A stretch of 64,000 nucleotides of DNA, taken from assembly GCA_030390025.1 (NCBI GenBank), contig CM059431.1, forward strand, positions 119,910,001 through 119,974,000. Reading direction: 5' to 3'. Shown here in pieces: positions 61,957 to 64,000 of the stretch (the stretch's first letter is position 1; the number at the start of each line of letters is the position of its first letter). This DNA comes from Squalus acanthias (Eukaryota). The notes under the pieces were generated by a model. It saw nothing but the letters and a program-made list of their open reading frames with translations, was not told where the DNA came from and did no database searches. The translations under genes and the position numbers were made by a program.

Positions 61957-63593
61957 TGTAAGGGATTCTGACCCTGCGTGTCTCGCAGCCTGTGAGATTC
62001 ACGCGGCTCTGTGCAGCCTGTATGTCAGTGCGGGTTTAGGCCTTGTTGCCTGTTCTGGTCTCCAGCCAGTCTGGGAGCACTAGACACACCTGTGAGTGGT
62101 TCGAATCACTCGCCCTTACGGTTCTACACACTGGACTTAGATGCGAGAGCAGTAATGGAGATGAAACTCATGTAGACTCGGTTGAATGGTACGAAATGGA
62201 AAATCTTTATTGCATGATATTTAAGATTACGAAATACATGTCATAAGCACAGATTAATGACAGTACAATCATACAAGCAGTTATATAGCTGATCCTAGGG
62301 AAACGAGGAACGAACGACACACCGTAAATAGGGGCACACATTACAAGTATCCTTAATACTTAAACCCTCCCCTATCAATATCTGTCCTAGCTAGATTCGT
62401 AGGATTTCGAGACTCATGCTCACCACTCGTGATAACTCGGAGAAATTCCGAATAGCTGATCGGATGTTTTTCACCGCAGCAACCACGTGTCGATCAGGAG
62501 GTCTCCTGGTCCCACTTGTTTACTTGCTTCTGCTCCGGCTAGCAGGCTGGACCGTCTGCTGTGATGAAGATCTGTGTTGGTTGGTTTAACAGGTACTTTC
62601 CGAATACAGCCCAGTCAATATCATCTTTGACGATCCGTTCTTGCAAGTTCAAAGAAGTCTTCCTGGCAAGGAAAACTTGGCTGTTCGACCTACAGGCACG
62701 GTCGGGATTTACTGACCGTGGCGATGAGTATGGTCTTCCTCTCTTCTCCTCTCATCTCATCTCATCTCATCTCGGGCCTTTGGTTCCGATGCCAGTTACC
62801 AACATAGGTCTTCGTTACGCGACACGAGGTAGATCCGAACGGATCAGAAAGTTCAACAGTCTTTTTCAAAGAGGCACCAGGCAAGCAGGAACAAGACTAC
62901 GAGTCAAAAACACAGGAGCAGCCACGAGGTTACGAGTCGATCGGATAAGAGAATAAGAGAAAGATGGACGGTTGGAGCTTGTAATTATAGTACAAAATCT
63001 TCCGTTTCCCGCCCAACCTTAATGTCCTTTCTTTTGTTTGAGTTTGGCGCTCAAATGTCTTGTATGGGTGATCTCCGTTCTTAATGGGTTTCGGGGCTAC
63101 TCGTAACTGTCTGAGTACCTGTTAATATTTCTCCCATTGTTAAATCGGTCGGTGTTCTCCCTGGAGGGGTTTTGGGGCTTCCAAGTGTTTTGTATAACTA
63201 CCTGCTAACGGCTCTCTCATCGTAGAGTCGTTGGGATTTTACATATTAATGTCTTTTGGATGGGCCCTTGATTACTCGGTACAATAGCTTTCATTCGTAC
63301 CTGGGAGACCGATTTCAGTATTTATGTGTATACTGCAAACCCATAATGTCTCGTGTATTATCTTCACTGTGCTGAATCTTAATCGATCTTGCACAAATGT
63401 TTATTGGAACGCCATCTTGTCTGCCTGTCGAAAAGTCTAGAATGTTCTGTCACGAGGTGCGGCGGCCATTTTACAGGCTGCTTGTGTCCACTTTGAGAAA
63501 CCTGACAGCATTCTGCTGAAATAAAAGCTGTTTGAACGAAACTCTGTGTTTTCTCCTTATTAATAAAAATCGCGATATATTGCGAATTCTACA
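61957..63593 (-). repeat. 5' LTR
   Basis: 1637 bp; only 4 mismatches to the 3' LTR found by eye. Confidence 0.97.
62984..63018 (-). promoter_or_regulatory. Candidate LTR core promoter
   Basis: GGGCGGGAAACGGAAG (GC box/E2F/ETS-like) followed by TATAAT; largely kept in all three LTRs. Confidence 0.5.
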
Positions 63594-64000
63594 GGCCTTG
63601 GACAATGTAGACCACTTTCCATACCTCGGGAGCCTACTGTCAACAAGGGCAGGCATCGATGATGAAGTCCAACACCGCCTGCAGTGTGCCAGTCCAGCCT
63701 TCGGTCGCCTGAGGAAGAGAGTGTTTGAAAACCAGGACCTCAAACCCAGCACCAAGCTCATGGTCTACAGAGTAGTAGTGATACCCGCCCTCCTGTATGC
63801 TTCAGAGACATGGACCATGTACAGCAGGCACCTCAAAGCACTGGAGAAGTACCACCAATGCTGCCTCCGCAAGATCCTGCAAATCCATTGGCAGGATAGG
63901 CGCACCAACGTCAGTGTTCTCGCTCAGGCCAACATCCCCAGCATCGAAGCTTTGACCACGCTCGATCAGCTCCGATGGACGGGCCACATCGCCCGCATGT
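63594..64000 (+). mobile_element. RTE LINE continuation after the ERV
   Basis: Removing the ERV and one GGCC restores the frame KIHDEALDNVDHFPYLGS. Confidence 0.92.

Larger units (their letters stand above)
50897..63593 (-). mobile_element. Full-length env-bearing endogenous retrovirus-like element (lokiretrovirus-like), 12697 bp
   Basis: Two 1637-bp LTRs, GGCC TSD (50893-50896 and 63594-63597), PBS, PPT and gag-pol-env. Confidence 0.97.

Noticed and set aside
50897..63593. Foamy virus assignment (long LTRs, YVDD)
   Set aside because: Gag has a CCHC knuckle, pol is in frame with gag, the PBS is Arg rather than Lys1,2, and there are no tas/bet-like ORFs.

Overview
Eukaryotic, repeat-dense DNA, probably from a cartilaginous fish (inferred from its CR1, DeuSINE-like, RTE, Penelope and Harbinger families). 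No host gene could be firmly identified; there are only weak candidate exons. The main feature is a young, full-length 12.7-kb env-bearing retrovirus-like element on the minus strand (50897-63593), inserted into an RTE LINE with a 4-bp GGCC target-site duplication. It has near-identical 1637-bp LTRs and a tRNA-Arg(UCG) primer-binding site that overlaps the gag ATG. Gag and pol are in frame across a UGA-CUAG readthrough signal, and Pol has PR, RT, tether, RNase H and IN with a long acidic tail. Env joins an immunoglobulin-like domain to an F-type class I fusion protein, not a classical retroviral TM. This layout best fits lokiretroviruses. Pol and env each carry one internal stop. A second, rearranged copy of the family (27694-35152) has pol inverted, PR and most of RT deleted, and an open truncated gag. 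The rest is nested mobile DNA: Harbinger elements and MITEs, a full-length CR1, a tRNA-headed LINE, a Penelope-like element, L2 fragments, a solo LTR and short tandem or foldback repeats.
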